Shown here piece after piece: positions 29,181 to 42,156 of a stretch of DNA of 64,000 nt. The stretch is from Anaplasmataceae bacterium (lineage in GTDB: Bacteria; Pseudomonadota; Alphaproteobacteria; Rickettsiales; Anaplasmataceae), in the NCBI GenBank assembly GCA_965207045.1, contig OZ242261.1, positions 1,268,109 through 1,332,108 on the forward strand. The letters run 5' to 3'. Positions within the stretch are counted from its first letter, which is position 1. Each line of letters begins with the position of its first letter. Below the pieces are notes generated by a model that worked only from the letters and a program-made list of their open reading frames with translations, was not told the DNA's origin and made no database searches. The position numbers and the translations under genes were made by a program.

Positions 29181-30699
29181 CATGTATTGCATTGTACGTA
29201 TGTGTACAAATAATATTATTAAAGTTTCTAAAGAGTGTAGCTATGAGGATACACGCACATCACTAAATGATAGCTATTAACCATCAGTATTTCTTCTACA
29301 TATGTACATATGTGTGTATACACTTCACAAAGTACACAATAAATGTTATGTAGTTTGATAGGATTTTTGATCATTTATATTATGATCGGACATTTGGTGT
29401 TTTTGTTTGGATTTTGTCCTAGCTATGATCAACCATTTTATTTGTCACTGCTATGGCTATATGGGAACAATACAAATATTGGTGGAGTGTTTACATTTAA
29501 TTGACAATGTCTATTTCAAACTGAATGATTATTAAACATTAATACATAACTGTTATTGTGAACACAAACCTAGCTTGTTACTCACTTGAAATAGCTATGC
29601 AGCAATTCAATATAGGTATTATAATTATGTAGCCACATGCATAGCTAGCTATTCTACCTTACCAGCCAAATCACTCTATTATATTAGTCAGTTTACTGTT
29701 GAACAATGATAATTTTGTGCTTATCTAACAATGTATCATTTAATATTGTTGTTTTGCTTGATGTATAGTTGCATCATGTGACCTAGTCACCTAGACTATA
29801 ATTATAGCTGTTACAAGTAGCTATAGTTATACGTACGTAGCTATGAAAATTTCTTCACATACAGTTAATCCTGTAAACACTAGTACTGTGAGTTCCCTAC
29901 TATGGCCAGGCGATGCTACATGGCAACTACCAGTGAGGGACTGGCCTATTATGCTTCTTTTTTACCCATTATGCTATGAACCAGTGCTCAAATTTTTGAT
30001 CCATTAAGCTCAATTTTATGCTCATGTAAAAGATCTGTGCTTAAATTTGACTATTTTATTAGAGTATATTTATTCACTTGTATCATAAATTGTTTTGACT
30101 GTTCTATTAGAGTATATCTAAAATTCTACACACCTACAGTTGCACAAATAATAATGATGATTTTAGCTACCTATTATGTTCAAATATGTGATCCAGCATG
30201 CATGGGAAAGCCGGGCCTATGTATACAAAACACAATCTGTAAGTTGTGTGAGATTCCTTATTAATGGATGATGAAAAGTTTGTTAGACTATTACACTTGC
30301 ATAAAGTTATTGAAATCCAAAAATGCAAACAAATTTTATGTGCACATATAAGACCCATTTTCTCATGTCGGGTGGCATGAACTCATACCAAATAAAATCT
30401 ATTTCTTTACAAGCTTAAAACATGTGTTATTCTTATTTGTACACCTGGTTACCAACACTGCGAACATTAAAAGTGCAGTTATGTGATCAAGCAATGGGAC
30501 AAAAGCCATCTATAGAACTATAGAGTATTAATTGTGATCAAAAGCAGTATAGAGATCTCTTAAGAGCTTTGTGATCAAAGGTAGTATATAAGCCAGTTAT
30601 ATCACAAACTAAGCACTCACAGGATATCATTGTTACTGATGATTTTCAATACAGATAAATGCAATAGTCATACAAGTATCACTGAAACCTGTTACTCCA

Positions 30700-31270
30700 A
30701 GTTCTTATACACTATATGGAAATCATCTTAAGAGAGTAACAGAAACTAGCCAAGTACCTTGGAGTAACTATTGATTGTAAACTTTTATTTACTAAGCATA
30801 TTGATATCGTATGTAAAAAGGCAAATTCTATGTTGGCATTTATTCAGCAGAACCTCAAGTCCTGTCAACACCAAATAAAGGTCAATGCTTATCTGACGCA
30901 TGTTAGACCAATTTTGGAGTACGCTGGTGGTACAGGCACCCCACACTAAGTGTGATATTGAAAGACAGTGCAAAGGTGAGCTGCAAGATTTGTAATATCT
31001 GATTACAATCGCACTAGTAGTGTTACTGAAATGTTGCAAAATCTTAACTGGAACACTTTGAGCAGTAGGAGGCAACATGTATGTAGATTATGCTTACTAT
31101 ACAAGATCATGTACAACATTGTTGACATTACCCTTCCGAGCTATATCATACCAGCAACTAGAGTCACAAGAGGACACGATCAGAAATTCATCTTACCCAA
31201 ATTGATACTTATAAGTTTAGTTTCTTCCCAAATTCAATAAGACTATGGAATAATTTACCCCTTGAAACAG
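30700..31270 (+). mobile_element. decayed 3' fragment of a non-LTR retrotransposon ORF2
   Basis: Plus-strand translation gives KYLGVTIDCKLLFTKHIDIVCKKANSMLAFIQQNL...VRPILEYA, then (after stops and frameshifts) LNWNTLSSRRQHVCRLCLLYKI...TRGHDQKF. This is the typical LINE ORF2 C-terminal region. Confidence 0.6.
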
Positions 31271-31670
31271 TACACACACACACAATCAACAAACTTCTGT
31301 AATTTACTTACATTTTACAGATAATTAGCTAATTCATTGCATTATACTCATGCATAATAACAGTCGCCCTATAACATAGCAAGTGCTGAAAAGCAGTAGG
31401 ATTTGTTTGACAGGTTATTCAGCTTTCATTTAATATGAATGGTTTATCATATCCTGGGAGTGGACACACAAATACTTGCATGAAAGTAATCTTAAGAAAC
31501 CAGGCGCACACCTGGTTTAAAAACTAGAAACTAAGTATTTATCTTCATCATAATCACTAATATGTGACTGAATCTGCAAAAACATGCACAGTTCAAACGA
31601 TCAATTTATCAACTTTGAGATTCATGACATCTGTTACAAATGCCAGATCACCCTGAGGGTTTATGTAATA

Positions 31671-31787
31671 GTTATACCATGTGTGCGAGGGATTTGACTG
31701 ATATAACTGATATATACACCCGAAGCCTGAGGGCCGCAGGCCCGAGGGTGTATATATCAGTCAAATCATGAGCACACATGGTATAAC
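31671..31787. repeat. 117-bp hairpin element, family copy 1 (arms GTTATACCATGTGTGC...TGATATATACACCC; GC-rich loop CCTGAGGGCCGCAGGCCCGAGGG)
   Basis: The two arms are reverse complements with few mismatches. A second 117-bp copy lies at 54747-54863 and a half copy near 59205-59255. Confidence 0.6.
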
Positions 31788-34700
31788 TAATATGTGCCAC
31801 TTATTTGTGCATATTCTGTGTGGGTGGGTGCTAATGAAGCTGCCATCAATAGCTTCATTGAGAGATCATATTTATAAAGTAGCTTGTGAGTTTCAATTGT
31901 GAGTTTCAGTTATGATGTTGAGTGAATGATTTCTACAAACTTAATGCCACAATCAAAAGCTATAAGGTCTAGCAGTCAGTTGGTTCACTGAGCATTGTAC
32001 TGAGATCAAAGGCTTGTGTACCTTTTGATCAATACTTTGTGCACTTTTAGATCAAAGAGATTGTGCACTTTGGATCAATGCTTGACATGTTTTTCATGTT
32101 AAGCACTTTCCCGGGTTACAACTTATTTGTATCCCTCTTTTCGGGGATACATTCTAGTTGTAACCCTGCTTTTCCCTTTGATCTGCCCACGCAAAGTGGT
32201 ACATAACCATTCCTCTAGTTCCTATCAGAGTTTATGAACCTTTAAATGAGCAAAATTATATGTGCGAACTTTCCAAAATGATTGTGACTGATTATCAGCT
32301 TTTATGTTTTAGCATTGCTTCATTAACGAAACTACATACATAAAATGTACTGTGCTTCAACAAGTAGTGCATGCTGACACCCAACTCCTAAGGCAATGAA
32401 GTTGTAGCAGTGAAATGAAGTCAATGAACTTCAGAGGCTAGACTGATCAAAAATGTGGTGGATAGGAAGCCAGTTACATCACAAGCACTTTCACAAGCTA
32501 CCTGATGTAATGTCATTACCATGTAATGAGCTATTGTGTGTATAGAGTGTGTCTGTTTGCCCATATCACTACAGTATGTGGTAGCTATACCACATATAAC
32601 ACTAAACCTGGCAGACATTAACAGTTAGGCTGGCAGCATGGTTAGTGGTGATTTTAGTGAACATTGTCAAACCATATACAGTATTTGACACACTACACAT
32701 AGTAGCTTACAGAGTTCTAAAATCTTAGAGATATGTATGTACTGTAATATGAATAGGTGTACTTTGTGTACATAATACTCATTTTCTCACATAGGGTCAC
32801 ATTTATGTAGGTTGCTAAGCTAGCCATGCACTGGATTATAGTGCTGGCGATAGTGAAAATTTTATTGTCATGATACGTAGCTCTACTATCCTGATAGTGA
32901 TAGTCAATGCTACATATGTTGATGGTTCAAATAAATAAATACATCTACATATGTAATGTATAGCCACAAGTGTTTTGAAAAGTTGAAAGTGTTTACCTCA
33001 ATGTTTGTATAAAAATGACATCATAAATAGCTATCCATAAAACAATTTAATCCACTTAGGTACTTTAGTGACTAAACTTTTTGTACATTCTTACTGTAAT
33101 ACTGCAAGCCAGTCTGTCTTTGTAAGCTTCACCAATGTGCACGACATGCCCACTTTTAAAGCTAAAGTGCTCAGTCTTATCAGTAATGTACAACTGGTTA
33201 AGGACTTTTACTGTGAAATGAATGACAAATACAGCATTACCTTGCTCTTCTTCGACAGTAACTAATGATATGTTTTGTTACTAAGGCCACGCCTATCGGT
33301 TAGTAAGTGCAAAGTGAAAAACAGTAGGACTTGTTTGATAGGTTATTCAGGCTTAGAATCATGTGAATACTTTTTCATAGCCTTAAAAAGCTACTAATGA
33401 ATGTTTCATGATTTCACAGTGAATTAGATACAATACACACTCTAAAACCATTGCCAAATTGAATACACTATAGCAACAAAAATTGTCCACATAATAATCA
33501 AATTTCTTGACTATTCCATAACACAGTAAAATAATAATTCGGGTTACTTTTCCTGTGGGGGGTGGATACACACACACACACACATCCACACATGCAAAGC
33601 TACCCAGCAACTTCAAGATAGCTACCCATGAATAATTAGTTAGTTAATTGGCACAAGCAGAATCCAATGTTACAAGGAAATTAGGAGTAAGTTTTGAGTG
33701 TTCACTATCAATTAGAGTTTTGCAACAAGTATCCGATTCTGCTCAATCTGTTTTGTTCAGATGTTTGTTAGAATTTTGGTATTTGGATACATCTTCAAAT
33801 TATAACGTTTTGACATTCATTTATATGTGACTGTCCATGCAAAAACTGGTCTAGTTTGCACCAAAATTTGAATTCATTTTTGGCCTAGCTTATAGCTACA
33901 TTCAATAGCTACTCACACAGCATGTCTCCCATGGCCAGACTCAATTGGTCTGCTTTTCTGAAGGGTGGATTTACAACCTTGTAAAATCATAATCAACACA
34001 TTGGCACCTGTGGAGCACACCAATTGGGTGTAACCAGCCTGGAATTCTACGGAATGGTGTCCCTTTGGCCTAGTTAAGTGGTCAGGATCATCTGAGGGCG
34101 ACTGGTGGCCCCGTGTCTTCACCTGAGGTGTTTTGCCTCCTCCCTCCCCACCCCCTACCCCTACCCGCCCCTTCCTGCCTCCCACCCACCCCCTTGTAAT
34201 GCTGGGCCAAAATTGATGCACACCTCTAAAAAATCATCTGAAAAGGCCGAAAATCAAGCAAGGAACTACTTCAAAGGTAAACTGTATTTTATTCAATAGT
34301 TTACTAAGTCCAGTTCTGCTAAACAAAAGTGACCTAGCACAAGCAAAAGCTGTTAATTTCAATTAAAAATTTTCTTTAATTACTACCAGGTGTGAACATG
34401 GTCGTTTTCACAGGGACAGTCACATATGTATTTTGTGTAATTTATTATGTTGTTTATTACACTTAATGCTGCAAGTAGACCTGTACTCTCATGTACACAA
34501 TAATTCTCACATTAACATGTATACGTACATGGATAAAATTTGAGTTCTCAATTTTGTGTGTTAAATTATACAGCTATACATGAAACAATTAGAAACTGAT
34601 ATTTGATTATACAATATTTGTGGTTAGCTCTACAAAAACCCTCCATGTTTGCATACTTTACATGCCTTTATAAAAAGCTGTAGCTAAAAATCCTGATACT

Positions 34701-34935
34701 TAACTGCATCAATTTTTAATCGCTTTACATTAAAATGTAGCTGGATAATTTGTCAACTAAAAGTGGTGTCACAAGAAGCAGTAACAAAGTTAGGTTTTCG
34801 CAGAGCCAGTCACATTTTATATCAGTTATTGAAATTTTGGAAACTGGTTATTTAGTACACTAAATGATAGAAGTACATATAGCTACATATGTACGTATGC
34901 ACATCAAATTTGTTTATTGTTAAGTATAGTCACGT

Positions 34936-35073
34936 TTATGCCGGATACTTTGGTAGTAGAGTGCAAACATATCCAATCACTTGAGTACCTTTCAGTTTAA
35001 TTGAGTTAGATCCACTATCATACTTGAAATCATTTTTCCCACTTAGACTAGCACCAACGCTGAATAGATCACT
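34936..35073 (-). CDS. paralog A, exon 4 (138 nt, terminal)
   Basis: Acceptor ttttgtAG after a 50-nt intron. Encodes SDLFSVGASLSGKNDFKYDSGSNSIKLKGTQVIGYVCTLLPKYPA, then stop. The LLPKYPA end is shared with paralog B (C ends LLPEYPA). Confidence 0.65.
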   Translation of the reverse strand, partial: SDLFSVGASLSGKNDFKYDSGSNSIKLKGTQVIGYVCTLLPKYPA

Positions 35074-35123
35074 CTACAAAAATTTATACCTCTAGCTGAT
35101 TATAACATGAACATTTAACTTAC

Positions 35124-35486
35124 TATTACAGCATTATCAATGGATGGATTAAACGCTTTCACAGTGCGCTGTAATTCTTGACTGAGTTTTGTACCAGTAA
35201 TTGTTATGTCTTTAGCCACAATCATTTGAGTAGAGAGTAAAGGAAATGATCCGTTATTACTACTGTCAATGACCCCTGTTGACCAAGCACCTGATTTTAC
35301 CCCAGGAATTGTCCAATCACGAATGTTTAAAGCCGAAAGATCAATCCAAGGACGATTAATTTGGACAGAACGAACTTTTAAATCAATTTTAACATCCAGA
35401 CTATTTCCGATATTTGGTTTGCCACCTAGGGTTATGTACTTTTTTGACAGGCCATGATCATCAGGGGAATGTTTATTCACAGAAAT
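35124..35486 (-). CDS. paralog A, exon 3 (363 nt)
   Basis: Track ORF 35115-35480. Acceptor tgtgtAG at 35487-88, donor GTAAGT at 35122-23. Encodes ...VRSVQINRPWIDLSALNIRDWTIPG...GSFPLLSTQMIVAKDITITG... Confidence 0.75.
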
Positions 35487-36275
35487 CTACACACACACAC
35501 AAACACATACACACACATGAATACCATGTATGACTATATTATAGAGCTTATGCAAGAGGCATATCACTTTCCGATTATCATTGATTATTTTCGGGTCAGA
35601 GGAGGGCTGACATGCTCACATGAGCCATAGGCTTTGTACAGGTTACTAGGTTATTTTAAGGGTTGTAAGTATAAAACACATATTATTTAAATGTTTGTTT
35701 CATGCTCAAACCAATAGTGTGACCAAACCCAGCCAACCCCGCTATTTTAATGTCCACTTTTGAGTTGAATCATGTAAGCCTACTGTGAGTGGAGAAAGGA
35801 AACATACAATACGGTTACATCAATTAGCGCACCTATTATGAGCATTTTAGGTACTCTCCAACACCACAATCGCTTCATTGAGGGTTCCTTACTTGCTAAA
35901 TAGCTATGCAGAGAAAAATGCAATTAATGTAAAAAATTTAGAATCATTAATATTGTGTCAGTCGTCCTCTGTTTTCGGATAATCATCAGTGTCGGCCATT
36001 TTAAGTGCATAATTGCCATTACCCACAATACATTTTACAGCTTCGCAACTCATTTTTCTAGAAGTGATATGGGAGTATTGCTACAAATACTAGCGGGTTA
36101 AGGTGGTCCTCTTACGCGATTTATATACGTAGATCTCAAAGCTGTAAGTTCTTTATCTTGTAAGATCACTGTATAGTACGCTTGATACCTTATAGCTACA
36201 CTCATGATACGGGAGTATCCTAGCATAATCGATGGGCACATGACCCCTGCATAAGCTCTATAACAACATTCTTAC

Positions 36276-36409
36276 ATGTATCCATGAATCATCATCAGGT
36301 TGACTAGGATCAAGCCACTGGTACCAGTTGGTCGGAATCATCGAGACATAATGGTACGTCTTGCTCTCTCCATCTGAAAGCACTACAGACCTTTCATTTT
36401 TCTCAAATA
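36276..36409 (-). CDS. paralog A, exon 2 (134 nt)
   Basis: The tctatAG acceptor lies 51 nt after the exon 1 donor. Encodes (I)FEKNERSVVLSDGESKTYHYVSMIPTNWYQWLDPSQPDDDSWIH, then donor GTAAGA. Conserved in B and C. Confidence 0.65.
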
Positions 36410-36460
36410 CTATAGATTTAAGAAGATAAACAACGACCTACGTAACTTTGTTTACTATAC

Positions 36461-37040
36461 TTTCTTTCATTGGAGCCATAGTAGTTATAAGTGGTCCATA
36501 CTCCCATTCATCAATGGCCTGTAATAGTGGACTAACTTCTCTGTCTAAAGGCTGAAACTGTTGATATTCTTCAGTGGTGACTAGCAATTGATCATAAATG
36601 CTCTTCCAGTTATCGCCATATTTTCGTTGGCACTCTATCTTTAGCGACACCTCCTTTTCTCCAAAATCTGCCTTTGCTTTAATATATTTCTTGTAAAGTT
36701 CAGTACGCTCCTTTGTTTCATAATTTATATAGAGCAAAGCCTTTGCATGTTCAAATGCAGGTTTCTGTGCTGGACCTGCTGCAGGTCCCTTTCCATGATA
36801 TAGCAGTTGCTCCCATTGGGTAGAAATTCTTGATCCCGTCAGAGTGTAATTGACATTACATGCTATGCAGGCATCCACCAGATCAAAGGTATTGTATGCC
36901 GCTCGTTTGGGAAGTGAAACCAGAGAATAGTCGGAGTAAAGGAGGTACTTCCCGATCGACAATACAAACATGCTGTCGTCGTTGTGAACGTACAGCTTGT
37001 TCAACTGCTGCCAGAGCAAGCAATGAGCGTAACTGTTCAT
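36461..37040 (-). CDS. paralog A, exon 1 (580 nt) of an unassigned 4-exon eukaryotic gene family
   Basis: Track ORF 36438-37046. ATG at 37038-37040 aligns with the starts of paralogs B and C. The GTATAG donor directly follows ...MAPMKE at the same codon phase (1) as in B and C. Confidence 0.75.
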
Positions 37041-37320
37041 GATCACTTTTTGTCAGTAGTTTCAGTATAGGTGCACCTCGGTATACGTAGTAGGCTAACG
37101 TGAACACTACAGCTCAGTCATATCGATTAACGGCGACCCAAAATTCCCGTAAATCTTTGTACTTCTCCGTATAGAGTATTGACTTATTAGACTCGGTAGA
37201 TGAATGGGATGCCTGGGAATCATTGAATTTGAAATGACGCGGTAGGTATATTATATGTACGTATGCTCAGGATCCGAGTCGCGCTCACTAGTGCGCATAC
37301 TGTGACATAGGTGAAGTACT

Positions 37321-37336
37321 GAATTTATTAGAATAC
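37321..37336. promoter_or_regulatory. conserved upstream motif GAATTTATTAGAATAC, copy upstream of paralog A (about 280 nt 5' of its ATG)
   Basis: An identical 15-16-mer also occurs at 47106-47120, 58011-58026 and 42533-42548. Three of the four copies sit 205-285 nt upstream of a paralog start codon. Confidence 0.5.
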
Positions 37337-37770
37337 GCGATGATATTAATTACCGTAATGTGACTCAGTCTGACTGTCTCAGAGTTAAAACTCTTTTCTT
37401 TCGAACCGATATTTTATCCCAAACTTCACCCAGCTAGCTATCAATGCTCTGTGAAGGCACAAGACATTCGGGAGAGCAAGTTAGCACCTCGTATATTATG
37501 AGTCACGTGATCTCACGTAATGCGCACTGCACAAGGCAGCTGCATGGGTGGCTGATTTGCCACTCCAACGAATTGAGCGCGCGCCCCACACAATGCATCA
37601 ACATTGCAGATGCAAAGTTGAGTTCTGTGCTACTTAGCTATATAGTGGGACTTGTTACAATAACTTGTGGGATTAAGTAAACGTTTACTAAACATCATAC
37701 AAACTTAGTTAAATTTGGCAATAGTTTTTGAACGAAAAACTTATGCAGAATTCTCTACTCTCTAAATCAA

Positions 37771-38082
37771 ACCCTAACATTCTTGTAACCGACCCTGGGG
37801 GACGAATCCACTAACGTTCCTTATAACTGACCCTGGGGGGATATGAATCCACTAACATTCTTCGTAACCAACCCTGGGGATACGAATGCCCTAACGTTCC
37901 TTGTAACTGAACCTGGGGGGATGAATCCACTAACATTCCTTGTAACCAACCCTGGGGGGACAAATCCACTAACGTAATTCTTTATAACCGACTAGTCTTG
38001 CAGTCCAAAGACTAATAATCAACCCTGGGGAGACAAACCAACTAACGTTCCTTATAACTGACCCTAGAGGGATGAATCCACC
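37771..38082. repeat. minisatellite, about 7 units of about 40 bp (consensus near AACCCTGGGGGGA[CT]GAATCCACTAACGTTCCTTGTAAC)
   Basis: Head-to-tail imperfect repeats are visible by eye. One unit is interrupted by extra sequence at about 37985-38020. Confidence 0.7.
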
Positions 38083-38729
38083 ACGATAGCTCACTAGTGG
38101 CAGAAGGAGAAACCGTTTTACGGGTGGATATAGACACTCTGTGTAGCATGTAGCTATCAGTTCTGCATGGTATGCTAACTTGCTCTCTCTAATGGTTAGT
38201 GTGAAGACAATGGCTAAGCAATTCATTAAACAAAACAAGAGATAGATATCATGCATAAGCTTGTGTATATTTTGCAGTGATAAGACTACTGGCTTTGTCA
38301 GATTAGCAGGTCACATAGCTATAAATATAATATGCATGGACTAGTTACTGATTGACACTAAATAGTACAACTTAGCTATTATATAGCTGCCTGATCCAGG
38401 CCTCCCGGAATTTCACTAGCTAGCTAGCTGTCTTTAAGATTATGATTGTTACTAGGCTAGACAGGTTAGCTACTGATATTGCTGGCTATAGCTATATAGT
38501 AGAACAGACATGCTGCATGTCTTATAAAGAAATACATGTACAAGTGAATTCCGCCCTTTGATGTTAAAACAACTAGCTATATACATAAAATGCTTTCACC
38601 TAGAGCCATCTAAGTGCTACATCACTAATTTCAACAATAAAATATATTAAAATACATATATACAGGGAAAACTTGTATGGATTCTTTTGAACAACTATAA
38701 GTATAATATTATTATACATATACATATAC

Positions 38730-38835
<106 letters not shown>

Positions 38836-40906
38836 GTATATGTATATGTATATGTATAATAATATTATATATGTACAAAGTATTTTGCATAGGAGGATCA
38901 AAGAGAAAAAAGTGCTATATTTTCCATCAAGTTGCTAAGTGGAAAATAAAGCACTCTTTGGAAAATATAGCACTGTTATGAAAACTATTTGCGTAATTTG
39001 TTATTGTTATTGGTAAAGATGTAAATGTGGCAAATTTCTGGAAAGCCTGGTTCACAATATGGTTCAAACGGATGCACGTTGTCCTTAGCATTAGTAGCAT
39101 CTGCGGAAGCTTGCGAAGTTGCTGGCAACCTAAACCATTCTGGATCGATGAAATCAAAGCCTTTGAATATCTTAAACGGTCTGTTGGTGGAGTTAATATT
39201 AAACTTGGGCTCACTATTTCCCTATCTTGTTTCTCTGCATCCGTAGACGAATCCATCCTTCGACCTGAACAACTGAATGCGACGACTGTGAACTTCTCTG
39301 TGCTAAACTAAACTTAATCTTGAGCAAAATGCTATATACTAGTTAAAGCATCACTCACACAGGTGCTGTATTTGTCTCTCGACACGCCCCCTTGTGCTGT
39401 ATTTTCCGTACACACTTGCAGTGGTGCTTTAACTAATACATATACTTAGCTTGTATGGCATAAGTGGACAAAAATTTGATTATCTATAACAATTTGATTT
39501 GTGGGCATTACAAAGTATAAAGCAACGAATTTTGTCAATCCATACTATGTACATATAATATAATATGTAGCTAGTCCATAATCGATTTGGTGCACATTTA
39601 TATTTTTCCATATAAAATCCTCACCAATATAGCTTGTACGGTTTTTGCTTGGCAATTTGGTTTCTCAATATAAATACTTAACTAAATTCATGTTATAGAA
39701 TTAGCTGATGAATTTTAGGTGTCCATAATTGTTAACTTATATATACTTAATAGCTAAGTTATATAAAGTGTTCCGCTACAGTCAGTGTTAGGAAAACATT
39801 GCAGTATTTGTAGCTTCTGTCTGGTGTTTACTGAAAGAATATATATCTTGTTCTATCATAGATCACTATGCTGGGTTCCATGTTCAGTTGTCAGAGCTGG
39901 TAAAACATGTTCTCTGTTCTAGTGGATGTAGCTAATGTCGTAATTGTAGCTACCTATCAGAATTGCCAGCAGCGGCTTACTAGACTTACCTTAATAATAA
40001 TACAAAATAATTCGTCACCAACAGCAAATCTCTGACAAATACTGCCTACCCACTCACAAGAGCAAATTATACATGCTTCAAATTCGTCAACAACAAATAT
40101 CTACTGTTACTCATTTTTCTCAAGAACAACAACTAACCATCAAACTGAACTCATTTAAACATAGCTTGTACTTTACTGAATCTACATATCTATATAATTA
40201 TGGCTCTATTTAGTTGGTGCATGAGTAGGCTTTTTCTGTGAAAGATGTACAAGGCTGTGGGATTGCTAGCTATTTAATTTTATTGTGTGAGTAGTACTTT
40301 ATTGTGTATTAAATGTCTACAAAAAGATGGCCAGAATGGCAAAACCTTGTGCGCACCATGGCTCCAAGTTATGCATATGGCTAGGGAGTAGCTATACAAA
40401 AAATAAATTTTCCCTTCATTTGTAAGCTATAATTATGTACCGTAGTCTGGAAATATTTCGTTGGTAAAAAATTTTTGTGGATGATGCTATCCACGAAAAT
40501 TAATCACACGAAAATATTTTCACACGAAGAAATTTAAACGAAAATGTAACACGTGTCAGTGCATGAAAAACTCACCATACATGAAACAACTAGAAACTGA
40601 TCATGGTATTCAATTATTTGATTTTCATATCAGTTATTGGAATTTTGGAATAACAGATAAATTAACTGGTTATTCAGTGTAAGGGTATATAACTAAAAAT
40701 TTAATTAAGCACATAATTATACCATATAGCTAGCTAGCTAGTGGATCGAAACTTTTTAATGGCTTCATTTTTGAAAAATGTTAGAAATATTCTTTCAAAA
40801 TTGCTAGCTAGCTATATAAACACTATTGTGATGTTTCAAACACTACACATATGCATGTCAGATCAAATTTCTAATTTCACGAATACATTATTTGTTGTTG
40901 TCACAT

Positions 40907-41010
40907 TTATGCTGGATACTTAGGTAGTAGAGAGCAAACATATCCAATCACTTGGATGCCTTTCAGTATAACTGAGTTACATAGATTTGGTATCACACCT
41001 GAAATCATAA
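40907..41010 (-). pseudogene. isolated relic of the terminal exon of a fourth paralog (D) of the gene family
   Basis: The minus strand reads ...PNLCNSVILKGIQVIGYVCSLLPKYPA, then stop, matching exon 4 of paralog A. The 3' flank (40570-40900) also matches the 3' flank of A (34570-34930). No exon 3-like sequence lies upstream. Confidence 0.6.
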
Positions 41011-42156
41011 CTTGCATTTGATATTGCCATTTGATTAGTAGACAGGATCATTGAAACAACCCAAGCTATATATCATTCTATCAGTCATGTAGCCATACTG
41101 TCATGTTCTGTGCTCATCATTAAGTACGGTAGTACTTAATAGTAGGGATCGACAAGGAATGTACGGAATGCAACATTTTCGCGCACCTATAAACAAGCCT
41201 CACAATAGTCTTTAGCCGAAAAACCAACTTAAACGCATTGGTACAGCAGTAATAATGCCTTACGTTTGTTAAACAAAGGCTAAACTCCATTATTTCGATC
41301 GATTATGAACTTTGAAATTTTTTAAAATCACGTGGATGTGGTCTGCCGGCCAGCCAGCCTGCCAGCCTGCCGGCCTGCCGTAAGACCCGGTTGCGCTAGG
41401 TGTAGGGCTCTAAAAATCACACAAAACAACAGATTATTGCGTCGGATTTACGAAACTGTTGTTCCGAAGATTATTTTCCTACTGCGCCATGGTGATTCCT
41501 TTGTCCTTCCTTACATTACTTTCTTCTATATCGATTGGAATGCGTAAACAACTTGCGTCATCACAACATTCCATACATGGTGCAAACAGGGAAGTTAATG
41601 CGCCTGCTGTTTTAAAGTGTATAAAGCGCTTCAGGAAGAGGTGTTTTAGTCTAGAACAAGATTTATAAAAGCTTGTTTAGAAGGTACTTCTACAATACAA
41701 TACTTAGTATTACGCATGCGCATACACATACGTGGATGGCACGCCATTAACACAAAGAAACTATATAAATAACATCAACTTACGCCACATCCACTGTATC
41801 ATTACAAATAGTTTAACGATGACTGTACTATATATAACCATTACAACTACTCGAACGAAGACTAGCTACATTAATTAGACTATATTCAACTGAAACGCGA
41901 ACTAGTCTTAGTGTCGCGCACGAAGCCAGACTAATTTACGCGCCAGCCGCTTATCGATGTTCCAATTACAAGCTTAACATCGACATGCAGCTGGACTAAT
42001 AGATTTGCTGTTTAAAGGGCGTGTAATTTGCTTTTACAGCTGCTTTGCCATACAAGCAGGTTGTTAACAAGCGCTTCTAAAAATCCATTATTACGTAAGC
42101 GCCTGTATAATACGCGCCTGGTTATTATAATCCTTATGCCCTATAAAAAGTAAACA

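Noticed and set aside
33068-33265. Possible isolated exon. The minus-strand reading ...FKSGHVVHIGEAYKDRLA... looked protein-like.
   Set aside because: I could not connect it to splice sites or to any family. It is too short to support.
38927-39311. 109-aa minus-strand ORF (MDSSTDAEKQDREIVSPS...) and overlapping plus-strand ORFs upstream of paralog A.
   Set aside because: No recognisable family. Both strands are open over the same stretch, and it is flanked by short inverted repeats (gttaaagca.cact). Evidence is insufficient to call a gene.
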